DNA of 32,000 bases. It comes from a bacterium. GTDB taxonomy: Bacteria; UBP7; UBA6624. The translations under genes and the position numbers were made by a program. Every line of letters begins with the position of its first letter. Position 1 is the stretch's first letter. The notes beneath the pieces are model-generated. The model was not told the origin of the DNA. It worked only from the letters and a program-made list of their open reading frames with translations, and did no database searches. This document shows, in pieces, positions 16,883 through 27,600 of the stretch. The stretch is from the NCBI GenBank assembly GCA_002716355.1, contig PBAU01000003.1:90001-122000 (forward strand), in the 5' to 3' direction.

Positions 16883-17919
16883 ATTTTTATTTCTTTTGTT
16901 GATTCGATTTGTAAATCAAAACCTTCTAATGCAATGATGTTCCTCTTGTTGTTTGTAATTATTTTCATTTCCCCAACACCGCAGGCTTTGAGTATCTGGG
17001 CACCTATCCCATAAGATCTAAAATCCATCTCATTTTCTTCTTTCGATTGGTTTGTGTTTGAGCCAAGAAGAACAAGAATTCCTCTTTCTGCATTGCATAT
17101 CATTTCCATTGCTAGATTCAATCTTTTTTCAGAATTTGAACTAGTGTCTTTTTCTGAATGAACTCTCACAAGCGTTTCTTTTTCGCTTGAGATATCTCCT
17201 TTCACAAATGCAAAATGTGTTTCATTTGTATTTTTAGATTTAAAAATAAACATTTGCATATTGCTTTGATCGGGCAATTTGATTTTGCTTTTAAGAAAGA
17301 TGTTTGGTCTTTTTTTCAACAGATAAGAAATTAAATCAGCTATTGTGATTAGGGGTATATTATGCTTTTTTGCAAACTTCTTAAGGGAAGGCATTCTCAT
17401 CATTTCACCATCGTCTTCGAGTATTTCACATATAACACCTGCTTTTGGCAGGCCTGCAAGCTCACAAAGGTCTATAGACGCCTCAGTATGTCCTGCCCTT
17501 GAGAGAACGCCACCATCTCTGGCTCTTAGTGGGAATATGTGACCTGGTTGCCTAAAGTCACTTGGGCCTTTTAAAGGATCGATTAGCTGCATGATTGTTT
17601 TCGATCTTTCAAAAGAGCTTATTCCAGTAGTTATTCCTTCTATTGCATCGACAGAAATGGTAAATGCTGTACCATGAGGGTCCATGTTGTTTCTCGTCAT
17701 GGCGGTTAACCCTAATTGATCAAGCCTTTCTCCAGTCATTGGCACACATATAAGACCTCTTGCCTCTTTTGTCATGAAGTTTATATTCTTTGGGCTTGCA
17801 TGTATTGCGGCGCATATGAGGTCGCCTTCATTCTCTCTGTCTTCACTATCCGCAACAACAACCATACCCCCGCTCTGGAGCATCTTTATTGCTTCTTCAA
17901 TACTTTTCATTATTGCCAT
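16879..17919 (-). CDS. ribBA: 3,4-dihydroxy-2-butanone-4-phosphate synthase fused to a degenerate GTP cyclohydrolase II-like domain (RibBA/RibBX-like)
   Basis: The N-terminal half has the DHBP synthase motifs DSEDRENEGDL, RGLICVPM, PHGTAFT and GHTEASIDL. The C-terminal 139 aa keep LVRVHSE and IITNN but lack the Cys triad. Confidence 0.85.
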   Translation of the reverse strand: MAIMKSIEEAIKMLQSGGMVVVADSEDRENEGDLICAAIHASPKNINFMTKEARGLICVPMTGERLDQLGLTAMTRNNMDPHGTAFTISVDAIEGITTGISSFERSKTIMQLIDPLKGPSDFRQPGHIFPLRARDGGVLSRAGHTEASIDLCELAGLPKAGVICEILEDDGEMMRMPSLKKFAKKHNIPLITIADLISYLLKKRPNIFLKSKIKLPDQSNMQMFIFKSKNTNETHFAFVKGDISSEKETLVRVHSEKDTSSNSEKRLNLAMEMICNAERGILVLLGSNTNQSKEENEMDFRSYGIGAQILKACGVGEMKIITNNKRNIIALEGFDLQIESTKEIKI

Positions 17920-18494
17920 TTTCCTAATGAGTATCTGGAAATTACGTCAATTTCTAAATTGACAAGGTCTCCAGCTTTCATAGATTCTATATTTGTTCTC
18001 TTTAGGGTTTCTTCAATTAGGTAAATTTTTATTTTTTGTTTTTCTTTTGCAGCAATTGTTAAACTTATCCCAGAAATTGAAATGCTTCCTTTTTTCGAGA
18101 TAAAGCAGTCTAGGTTAGAAGGGTATTTTATTGTCCAAATAGAACTTAATTTGTCAATTCTTTCAATCTTGGAAACAGCCCCAACCCCGTCAATATGACC
18201 TAAAACTATGTGCCCCCCCATGGCTTCACCCAGCTTTAAAGCTCTTTCCCAATTAACAATTTTCCCCTTACACTTGGTGTTAAAAGCTGTTTTCAGAATT
18301 GTTTCTTTAGAAAGGTTAAAAGATGCAATGTTTTCTTTGTATTGATTTAAGGTTAAGCATACTCCGTCAATTGCGATAGATTCTCCAATTATTGGGTTTT
18401 TAAAATCATTAAGTTTGACATGAAGAATAATGGATTCTCCAATTGATTCAACCTCCATGATTGTCCCTTTGTCTTTAATTATCCCTGTAAACAT
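17910..18494 (-). CDS. ribE: Riboflavin synthase (alpha chain)
   Basis: Starts MFTGII. Internal duplication with SIAIDGVCLT and SISISGISLT. Confidence 0.9.
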   Translation of the reverse strand: MFTGIIKDKGTIMEVESIGESIILHVKLNDFKNPIIGESIAIDGVCLTLNQYKENIASFNLSKETILKTAFNTKCKGKIVNWERALKLGEAMGGHIVLGHIDGVGAVSKIERIDKLSSIWTIKYPSNLDCFISKKGSISISGISLTIAAKEKQKIKIYLIEETLKRTNIESMKAGDLVNLEIDVISRYSLGKWQ

Positions 18495-19527
18495 CCGTTA
18501 GGTATCCTTCTATTTTTACATCTTTGCCGATTTTTTTAATATTGATATCGCAAAGTTTTTTTGAATCTGATAAAGTTTTCCACTCCGAGGGTGAAAACCC
18601 TAAACCTTGACTCCCGATTAATTTTGGAGAAATATAAGCCACTATTTTGTCTGCAAGATTTTCTTTGATCAATTCAGATGAAAGCATTCCTCCTTCGCAC
18701 AAGACTGACTGAATTCCTTCTTTTCTTAACAACTCTAAAAGATTCTTTAAATTTTTTGCCTTGAGGTATTTAGGTTTTTTATCTAACCCATTTTTTCTCT
18801 TGCCCCAAATGTAAATCTTTCCATCTTTAAACATTTTGGCGCTTTCCGCTACTTTGTTTTTTCTATCTACCAAAACTTTTTTCCAGTTTTTAACCCTCAG
18901 GCTCCTGTTTAAAACAGGGTTGTCTTTTAATGCAGTTCCTGATCCAACAAGAATAGCATCATTTTTATTTCTTAATTTCTTACCATCATGCCTTGATTCT
19001 TTAGAGGTTATCCATTGAGATGTGCCATCACAAGCGGCTATTTTCCCATCTAGAGACAATGCGACTTTTATTGTTACTGAAGCTCTGTTTTTTTTAATTC
19101 CAGTTAAATAGCTGTAATTTAATAATTTTGATTCATTTTCAAGACAGCCTTGATAGACTTTTACTCCTGCTTGTTTAAGTATTCTTAAACCTTTTCCATT
19201 AACTTTCTTATTAGGGTCTTTCATCCCGACGAATACTGTTTTAACCTTTCTTTCTATTATCTGCTTTACACAGGGAGGTGTTTTGCCATAATGCGAACAT
19301 GGCTCAAGGTTTACATATAGCGTTAAGCCTTCTTCTTCTGTTTTGTCTAAAGCATCTATCTCAGCATGTTTTTGGCCATATGATGAATGATAGCCCTTGG
19401 CGATAATTTCATCATTTTTAGTCAGTACACAACCAACAAGAGGATTTGTTTTCGTTCTGCCTCTTCCTTTTTTGGCAATCTTTATTGCCTCAAGCATAAA
19501 TTCTTTATCTTTTTTTCGAAATTTCAA
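18475..19527 (-). CDS. ribD: Bifunctional diaminohydroxyphosphoribosylaminopyrimidine deaminase / 5-amino-6-(5-phosphoribosylamino)uracil reductase
   Basis: Deaminase zinc motifs HAEIDAL and PCSHYGKTPPC, followed by a reductase half. The TTG start lies 3 nt after the pheT stop. Confidence 0.9.
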   Translation of the reverse strand: MKFRKKDKEFMLEAIKIAKKGRGRTKTNPLVGCVLTKNDEIIAKGYHSSYGQKHAEIDALDKTEEEGLTLYVNLEPCSHYGKTPPCVKQIIERKVKTVFVGMKDPNKKVNGKGLRILKQAGVKVYQGCLENESKLLNYSYLTGIKKNRASVTIKVALSLDGKIAACDGTSQWITSKESRHDGKKLRNKNDAILVGSGTALKDNPVLNRSLRVKNWKKVLVDRKNKVAESAKMFKDGKIYIWGKRKNGLDKKPKYLKAKNLKNLLELLRKEGIQSVLCEGGMLSSELIKENLADKIVAYISPKLIGSQGLGFSPSEWKTLSDSKKLCDINIKKIGKDVKIEGYLTDVYRDN

Positions 19528-19530
19528 TTT

Positions 19531-21513
19531 TTAAATCCCGTTTTTTTTAAGCTCTTTTTTGAAAAGCTCAAATGCTTGATTTATTTCAGAATCTTTATAT
19601 GATTTTTTACCATCTCCAATAACAAGCCTCCAGGTTAGATTCCAATTTTCCTTTTTTTTGTAAACATCAAATAGGTAAATTTCATGAATCAAATCTAGTT
19701 TTATTTTTGCAATAACTGAGGTTACTTTCTTGACTTCATCTGAACTTTTTGTATTAACTGTTAAATCTCTGTGTGAAAATTTATGACTTGGTAGCTCTTT
19801 TGCTTTTTGTTTTGGCATCGGCCATAAAATTTTTAATTCAAGCTCGCAAGACCACACTAGCTCCTTTTTGCTCCCTATCTCTATTTCAATAGCTCCTAAC
19901 AGGCCTTGAAACACTTTCGCTTCTATCTTTAATGCCGAAGAGTCTAGAAAGTAATTGTTTTTTACGTCAAAATAAAAGACTTCTGAGTTCCATTTTTGAG
20001 CAATACTTTCAAGTATCGTTTTGATGAGTCTTGATCCGCCATCTTCCTCAGGGATGAGAAGGCCTAAATGTAAGCTTTCTTCATTTTCTTTAAAAACTTT
20101 TCCAACCTCAAAACTCCAAGTAGACTGAAAATCTTTTTTTCTTGAATCTTCATGGCCCTTCAGCAAGCATGCTGATATGGAATTCCTAAGAAAAGCTTTT
20201 TCTTTTGAACGAGGGTTTAATAATTTTACTGGCTTATTTTCTAAAACTGATTTTCCAAATAATGTTAGACCTTCAGAGACAAGACTTGATCTTATTTCTT
20301 GCCTGCCCCCAAAGGACAAAAGAGTATCTATGAGAAATTCTTCCAGCTGAAAGATGTCATCCATTTTTGAAGTTTTAATTTGAATTTTTGGAAGTGTTTC
20401 TTTTAGGCCCGTGTAGCCATAAACCCTTATAACCTCTTCGATAAGGTCTTCAGGAATGGACAAGTCAGTTCTATGTGATGGAATCAGCCACTCACCCTTC
20501 CTTAAGCCCTTTTTTCTTTTTATCTTCCAGGAATCATTCCAATTCCCCTCTCTGTCCTTCGATATCTGCCTAATGCCTAAGCTTTCTAAAATTTGAACCA
20601 CTCTCTCTTCAGGTATATTCATCCCTAATCTTTTATTTATCTCAGAAGCCTTAATTGATATTGAATGATTTTCTAAAGTTTCTTCTACTGAGCTTGCAGA
20701 ATAAACTTGATTTGTCCAACCCAAATTATCAAGCCACCATAAATACCTTTTTGCACCTAAAAGAAAGCCTTTTGGATCAACTATTCTTTGAAATCTGTAA
20801 GATGAATCTGTTGAAAGGTTTAACCTGTTTGCGCTTTGTCTGGTTGATGAATTTTTAAAACAGGCAGCTTCTAGCAAAAATTCAGAATCCGAGACATCAG
20901 AAGAACCTTTTTTTGATCCAATTATTCCAGCTAAGGCCAAAGGCTCATTTGATTTATTTTGGACAAGAAGGTCTCCAGCTTCAATTTCATAAGATTTATC
21001 ATCAAGGGCATTAAATTTGATCTTTTTGTTGGCTAATGAAATTTTTACCCCATCATTCATCACATTGAATGGAAAAAGATGTAAAGGCTGACCTGTTTCA
21101 AAAAGTACATAATTTGTTAGGTCGACAAGTGGGTTTATGGGGTTTCTGCCCATAAGCTTAAGCATTTTTTCAATATGAGCATTTGCTTCAGGTTTAATTT
21201 TCAAATGTACGCCTAAATAAGACTGGCAATTTTTACTTTCTATTTTTATTGGGTATTTGTTGTCTATTGGGAAATCTTTCAATTCCAATTTTTTTATTTC
21301 TAGGTTTTTTGCAGTTGCAAATTCTCTTGCCAAACCATAGATTGAAAGGACATCAGTTCTGTTGCTAGGTGTGCTTAAATCTAAAACTTTCTCGCCTTCA
21401 ACTTCAAGTATTTCTTCACATTCAAACCCTATTTCAGTGAATATGTCAGCTATCTCTTGTGTTGAATAGCTGCATTGTATGAACTCCTTTAACCAGCAAA
21501 TCGGAAGGCGCAT
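19531..21513 (-). CDS. pheT: Phenylalanine--tRNA ligase beta subunit, short form lacking the N-terminal OB-fold tRNA-binding domain
   Basis: N-terminus MRLPICWLKEF...; B3/4 region NPLVDLTNYVLFETGQPLHLF; B5 region IPSHRTDLSIPEDLIEEVIRVYGY; C-terminal FDX-ACB-like domain. 660 aa. Confidence 0.85.
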   Translation of the reverse strand: MRLPICWLKEFIQCSYSTQEIADIFTEIGFECEEILEVEGEKVLDLSTPSNRTDVLSIYGLAREFATAKNLEIKKLELKDFPIDNKYPIKIESKNCQSYLGVHLKIKPEANAHIEKMLKLMGRNPINPLVDLTNYVLFETGQPLHLFPFNVMNDGVKISLANKKIKFNALDDKSYEIEAGDLLVQNKSNEPLALAGIIGSKKGSSDVSDSEFLLEAACFKNSSTRQSANRLNLSTDSSYRFQRIVDPKGFLLGAKRYLWWLDNLGWTNQVYSASSVEETLENHSISIKASEINKRLGMNIPEERVVQILESLGIRQISKDREGNWNDSWKIKRKKGLRKGEWLIPSHRTDLSIPEDLIEEVIRVYGYTGLKETLPKIQIKTSKMDDIFQLEEFLIDTLLSFGGRQEIRSSLVSEGLTLFGKSVLENKPVKLLNPRSKEKAFLRNSISACLLKGHEDSRKKDFQSTWSFEVGKVFKENEESLHLGLLIPEEDGGSRLIKTILESIAQKWNSEVFYFDVKNNYFLDSSALKIEAKVFQGLLGAIEIEIGSKKELVWSCELELKILWPMPKQKAKELPSHKFSHRDLTVNTKSSDEVKKVTSVIAKIKLDLIHEIYLFDVYKKKENWNLTWRLVIGDGKKSYKDSEINQAFELFKKELKKNGI

Positions 21514-21522
21514 TTGTTTATT

Positions 21523-21684
21523 CTATCTTCCAAGTGTTGCTGTGCTCTCGCCACCAGGCCTTTGTTCAAGATCTTGAAGATTCATAACTTGACCATTTTT
21601 TTCATATTTAAAATTTAACTGCGCTCTGTAAGAAAAAGCAGCTACTAAAAAAATTAAAACAAAAATATAAATTCTTTTCTTCAT
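21523..21684 (-). CDS. Small (53 aa) signal-anchored hypothetical protein, absent from the supplied ORF track
   Basis: Hand translation: MKKRIYIFVLIFLVAAFSYRAQLNFKYEKNGQVMNLQDLEQRPGGESTATLGR*. The SD AAGGTGA (21695-21689) is 4 nt from the ATG. The ORF fills the otherwise non-coding gap between the giant gene stop (21696) and the pheT start (21513). Confidence 0.5.
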   Translation of the reverse strand: MKKRIYIFVLIFLVAAFSYRAQLNFKYEKNGQVMNLQDLEQRPGGESTATLGR

Positions 21685-21695
21685 AATATCACCTT

Positions 21696-24600
21696 CTATT
21701 TCGTGTCAACAATAACCTCGTCAATTTGCCAACCTGCACCAACCACACCATCAGCATTTCCATCTCCATCTAAAGTTTGATCATCTTCCCCCCAGAAGAT
21801 AAAGCAAACGTATTTGCCTCTAAATGGACTAAGGTCAATTGTTCTTTTGTTTCCAATCGAACTTCCTCCTGCATTTGCAAAAGTATCACCAATGCTATTG
21901 CTGTAAAGCCATACGTTTCCACCCATGTAACAATCATCTATTTGTGTATCGCTCCACCTTACAACTATGCCAAATGTGCTTGGGCTGGGAGTTTCGTAAA
22001 GCTCGTTAAACAACAACCTTGTCCAGCCTCCCTCTGACACGTAATAACCATTAGCACCGGTTGAATCACCTGAAGGGTATGGGTAAGTTATCTGTAGAGC
22101 TGTGTCGTCATATGTCCATCCATCTAGGTAATTACCAGTATTAGTGTTGGTTCCAGTCATCCACATCTTGCAGTCAAGATTTCCATCGTCACCAGGTATA
22201 ACCCTCCACCATTGACTGTCATCTATCCAGTAGCCCATTTCAGTCCATGTATGTTGATCTGTACAGCTAGACCCATCACCAGGGAAAGGCTCGTAAAAGA
22301 GAGTCTTGGTGAAATCAGGTTGTTCTACAAGCTGTATATTGTCAAAAATAAATCCTGTATCAACATCTTCAGCATTAGTTCTTTGAGCTAACCCTATGCA
22401 AACATTTGAATTTCCTGCAAATTCGCTAATGTCAAGATAAAGGTATGTCCAGTCATTTGTATCAAGAGATGGATTCGTAACTCCAGTATCAACATTGACA
22501 AGCTCATTTACTATAGGGGTATACTGTCTCCATTCTCCAACAAAACAATTATCTGAATTACCTATATCTGTATTAACCCAAAGACGAATGTCTTCAAAAT
22601 CTTCAGCCGGCCTATTTAGCTGATGTGCCAAAACCAAAGCAGGATTGCTTGTTAATGAAAGATCTAAAGCTTTTTGGGTTATAAAAATAGGATCTTCATC
22701 GTTATCGTATTGTTGGGTATCTGGATTCCAGCCAGCTATCCAGGATTGGCCAGAATATGAAGCATTTGCTACCGAGCTTGACCAAACTTGGAAATAGGAA
22801 GTTTCAGTGTTTCCAAAAGAAGTTGAAACCCAATTTCCAGTACCAGCTACTTCGTCATAAAGAACATCTCCCTCAAAATTATCATACATATAAGTTGGAT
22901 ATGTCAGAGATGTTTCTGGCCCTGCTGCAGTTCCTGTTGACCCATCATCTGCAACAGCTTGGATACCATAGCAATATTTTGAATTTAAATTCAGGTTGCT
23001 TAAAACAGTTCCGCATTTTCCATCAGAGCAGCTAATGGTTTCTGATGTGCTGTCATAAGAGCCGCTATCAATTGCTGGACATTCTGATTTATTTCCATTT
23101 GAGGAATTGCTTAATGCATGAGTGTAAATCAAATATTCACATTCTCCATTTGAGGAATCTACAGGATTGCAGTGCGACAATTCATAATCCCAATAGTTAT
23201 CTTCCCACTCAAGCTCAACATCTGTTACAGCTAAAGAGGTAAAGAAAGATCCCTCCATGTTTGGGCCAGAAAGAAACATGCCAATTAAATCGGTAATAAT
23301 AACCCAGTCATAAGACGCAGGAGACGGATCAGTTAAACCGCCAGAATTTGTTGCCCTTACTCTGAAGTTGTTTTCTCCGTAAGGCAAATCGAAAGAGTAA
23401 TTTTTTGGACTTGTACATGACTCCCAGGATTCTTGATTCAATGAACATTCAAAAGTTGCCTCTGGATCATCTGAACTAAATGTGAAATCAGCTGTGTTGA
23501 AAAAGGTTTTTGAAGGTGGAGAGCTGTTTATAAAAGTATCTGGAGGCAAAATGCTTGAATCAACATTCCAATTCCAAACAGCAGGAGTTAAATCAACATT
23601 TCCAGCAGCGTCAATTGCCATAACTTCAAAAGTATGAGCTCCATCTAAGAATCCAGAATAATCTTGAGGGCTTATGCATGATTCCCATACGCCATTGTCA
23701 ATCTTGCATTCAAAAGTGCTGTTTGCTTCATTACTTTCAAAAATGAAAGTTGCTGAAGAGTCTGGTGTTGGATCAGGAGGACCATCTGTTATTGTTGTTT
23801 CTGGCTCAGTTTGGTCTATTCTCCAAGTCCATGAAGCTGGTGTTAAATCTTCATTGCCAGCTTCATCAATTGATTTAACCTCAAACGTATAGACATCTTC
23901 AAGAAGGTCTGAATAAGTTTTTGTCCCTCCATTGCATTCTTCCCATTCAATATCATCTCCTGAAACAGCGTCAAGCCTGCACATAAAGTAATCTGTCGGT
24001 TCATCATCACGATACACAAAAGAAGCTGAGGTTGAAGCTGTTGGGTCATTTGGTCCAGAATCAATATATGTTTCTGAAGGTGTTGTGTCTATATCCCAAG
24101 ACCATGAATCCCCTGTTGTATCAGTGTTTCCAGCTTGATCAGTAGCATAAACCTTGAAAACATGGCTCCCTTCCGCTAAATCACTAAAGGTGATTGATCC
24201 GGTGTTGCACTCAGTCAAATCACCACCATCCAACTCACATTGGAATGTAGCATTTGGATTTTCAGGACTTTCATATGTGAAAGTTGGAGCGGTGTTGTTT
24301 GAAGGGTTGGAAGGCCCTGTGAGAATCACTGTAGTTGGATTGATGGTGTCTATGCTCCATGTCCAAGCATCTGCAGCACCTAAGTTCCCTAAGTCGTCAG
24401 TTGATCGAACTTCAAACACATGATTTGTATTTTGCTCTAAGTTCAAATAAGTTTTTGGGCTTTCACAGGATTCCCATTCGCCATCATCCAATTTACACTC
24501 AGATGTTGAAGTTTCATCTGTAGACCATTCAAACACAGCATCTATGGAGTTGGTTGGATCCATAGGTGCGGAAGTTATTGATGTTACCGGTCCTGTTATA

Positions 24601-27600
24601 TCTATCAACCAGTTGTATTCAGAAGGAGTTGGATCAATGTTTCCAGCAAGGTCTTGTGCCCTTGTTGAAAATGTATGGCTTCCGTCTGTTAATTCGATGT
24701 AAGCTATTCCGCTTTGGCAAGCTTCCCATTCTCCATCATCCAACTTACATTCAAAAATTGCATCTGTGTCTGAGGGGCTTGAGAATGTAAATATCGCTTC
24801 AGTGGATGTTGTTGGGTCTGTTGGAGTTGAATCAATTTGGGTAGTTGGAGAAACTGTGTCTATTGTCCAGGTCCATACTGCTGGAGATACATCTTCATTT
24901 CCAAGAGAGTCAAAAGCTCTAACTTCAAATGTGAATTCACCGTCTGTTTGAGAGGGGTAAGCTTTTGGGCTAGTGCATGATTCCCAATCAGGAAGAACTG
25001 GTGATAACCTACATTCAAAAGTTGCTTCTGGGTCATCAGAAGACTCTTTGAATTCGAATGCTGGAATAGTTGCATTTGTAGGATCGTCAGGACCATTCGT
25101 TATTTCAGTTTGAGCACCTGTGGTGTCAATATTCCAAGTGTGTTCAGCGTTTGCACCTTGCACTTCAATGTTTCCTGCAAGATCCACACTCCAAGCCTTA
25201 AATACCCACTGCCCTTCAGCCAATGAAGAGTAATCTGCAGAATAAGATCCGTCTCCTTGGTCTGTCATTTCATTTGCCTGGCATGTTCCATCATTTGAAA
25301 TGCAATAAAAAACTGAAGTTAAGCCAGGAAGTGTTTCCCATGGTTGATCCTGAACACTGACTTCAAAAGTCCCGTCTGTTTCATTAGACGGGTCAGAAGG
25401 TGAACTTGTTATTGTGGTTACAGGAGCAGCTCTGTCTACATTTGTTGTGCTTTCTGCTGGCGTTGCATCAATGTTGTTTGCTGCATCCCAAGCCCTAACC
25501 ATAAATGTATGTGTTCCTTCAGCTAGAAGCTCATATTCTTTTGGACTTGTGCAGAAATTCCATGAACTCGCTGATGAGAATTTGCATTGGAAGAAAGGAG
25601 CTTCTTCATCTGCAGAGAAATGCCAAGCTATGATGTCTTCATTTGTGTATATAGCAGGCTCTATGGTTATGTTTGTCTCAGGTGGAGTTTGGTCTATTGT
25701 CCATTCTCTTTCAGCAGGTGTCGGATCGGCTGTGCCTACATCATTTAAGGCCCGAACATAAAATGTCTTAATTCCTTCTGTCAGGTCAACATAAGCTTTT
25801 GAACCCGAACCATTTATGCCATTACAAGAAGTGTAAACAGTTTCATCAGGACTCAACATACATTCAAAAATACTATCTCCTTCAGGGTTTGTAAAGGTGA
25901 AGGTAGCATTATTTACATTTGTTATTCCGCTAGGGCCTGAAGTTATTGCTGTATCTGGTATTGAAAGGTCTATTGTCCAGGTGTAACTTGCAGGGCTGCT
26001 ATCAATGTTTCCTGCAACATCTTGTGACTTGACATAAAAAGTATGTTCTCCCCCAGACATGCCAGAATAAGTTTTTGGACTTGTGCATGATTCCTCCCAT
26101 TCACCGTCATCCAGCTTGCATTCGAAAATACTACCTGTCTCGTTTGAAGTAAATTCAAAAGTTGCCTCATCAGAACCGGACAAGGATGAAGGGCCTGAGT
26201 CAATTGTTGTATTTGGATCGGTGGTATCTATGGTGAATGAATATGAATCAGGATCACTTATATTTCCTGCAAGATCAGTTGCCCTTACCTCAAAAACATA
26301 TGCGCCTTCTTGATTCAAACCAGAATACTGCCAACCTGTTCCAGGACAAGATTCCCAATCTACATTAATGCCACCACTAAGCTTGCATTCAAACCACCCA
26401 GCAGGAAGTGTATCTTCATTGCTTGAGTAAGTGAATGCAACAGTTGTTTCGTTTGTTGGGTCGTTAGGACCAGAATCCACAGAGACTTCTGGCTTAACAG
26501 TATCAACTGTCCAGCTTAAAGTTTTTTCAACATCTGCAATTTCAGCTATCTCAATATGATGAGCTTTAACTATTAAATTCTGAGAACCTTCAGGCAGGCC
26601 AGAAGCAAGCCAATAATGTCCATCAGTATCTTTGTCATTGCAGTCAAACCAACTTGAATTGTTCAGATTGCACTCAAAAGAAACCTTTTCTTCAGGGTGA
26701 TTCATTTCTTCAAAATATATCTTCAAGCCTGTAACTTCATTTGAGAAATCTCCTTCTTCAATATCACTAGGAGGGTTTGCCTTAAAGCGAAGCTCTAAAG
26801 GTTGATGCTCTATAACAGCAAAATAATCGCGTTCATCAGCATCATCACCATCTATCGTTTCATTCCCAAGAGAATCAACCACCTTGTATTGAATGAAATA
26901 TTCGTCAAGGCTTGATTCAAGAACCGGCAAGTTAGTATAAACCGCATTGTAAAACTGTCCACCATCAGATGCTAGCTGCCATGAGCCCTCAAAAGATACA
27001 ACTGAACCATCTTCTGCTCTGAATATGAACATTTGATAGTAAGCCGTATCAATATCATTAGAGTCACCATCTTCAGAGTCATTTCCAAATTCAAAAGTAA
27101 TTTGATCTTCAAAAACGATTTCGGCACTATCTGGATCTCTTGTCTTGTGCGTTATGGAAGGGCCTGTTATATCAATTGTCCATTCATGAGATTTGGATGC
27201 AGAGTTCTCCAAGTCATCCAAGCTATCAACCCTAAAGTCATGTTCACCTTCTGTTAGAGCTGTAGGTGAACCGTAAGAAAATGGACTAACACACGGATCT
27301 GTTGTAACTCCATCTAGTACACAAGATGCACTAACTCCATCATGGGTAAAAGAAATTTGACCACTTGTAGCATTTGTTGGGTCATTGGGAACTGTCTCTA
27401 GGTTTATTGTTGGCCCAGTTGTATCAACCGTCCATGTGAAAGAGGCAGGAGTCTTGTCTTCTTTTTGGTTGTCGTCAAGAAGGTAAGCTTTAACCTGGAA
27501 AGTGTACTGGGCATCTTCAAGGTTTGGGTAAGTCTTGGTTCCGCCTGGGCAACCTTGCCACCCTGCTCCATTGAGGCTACATTGGAAACCAACTGCTTCA

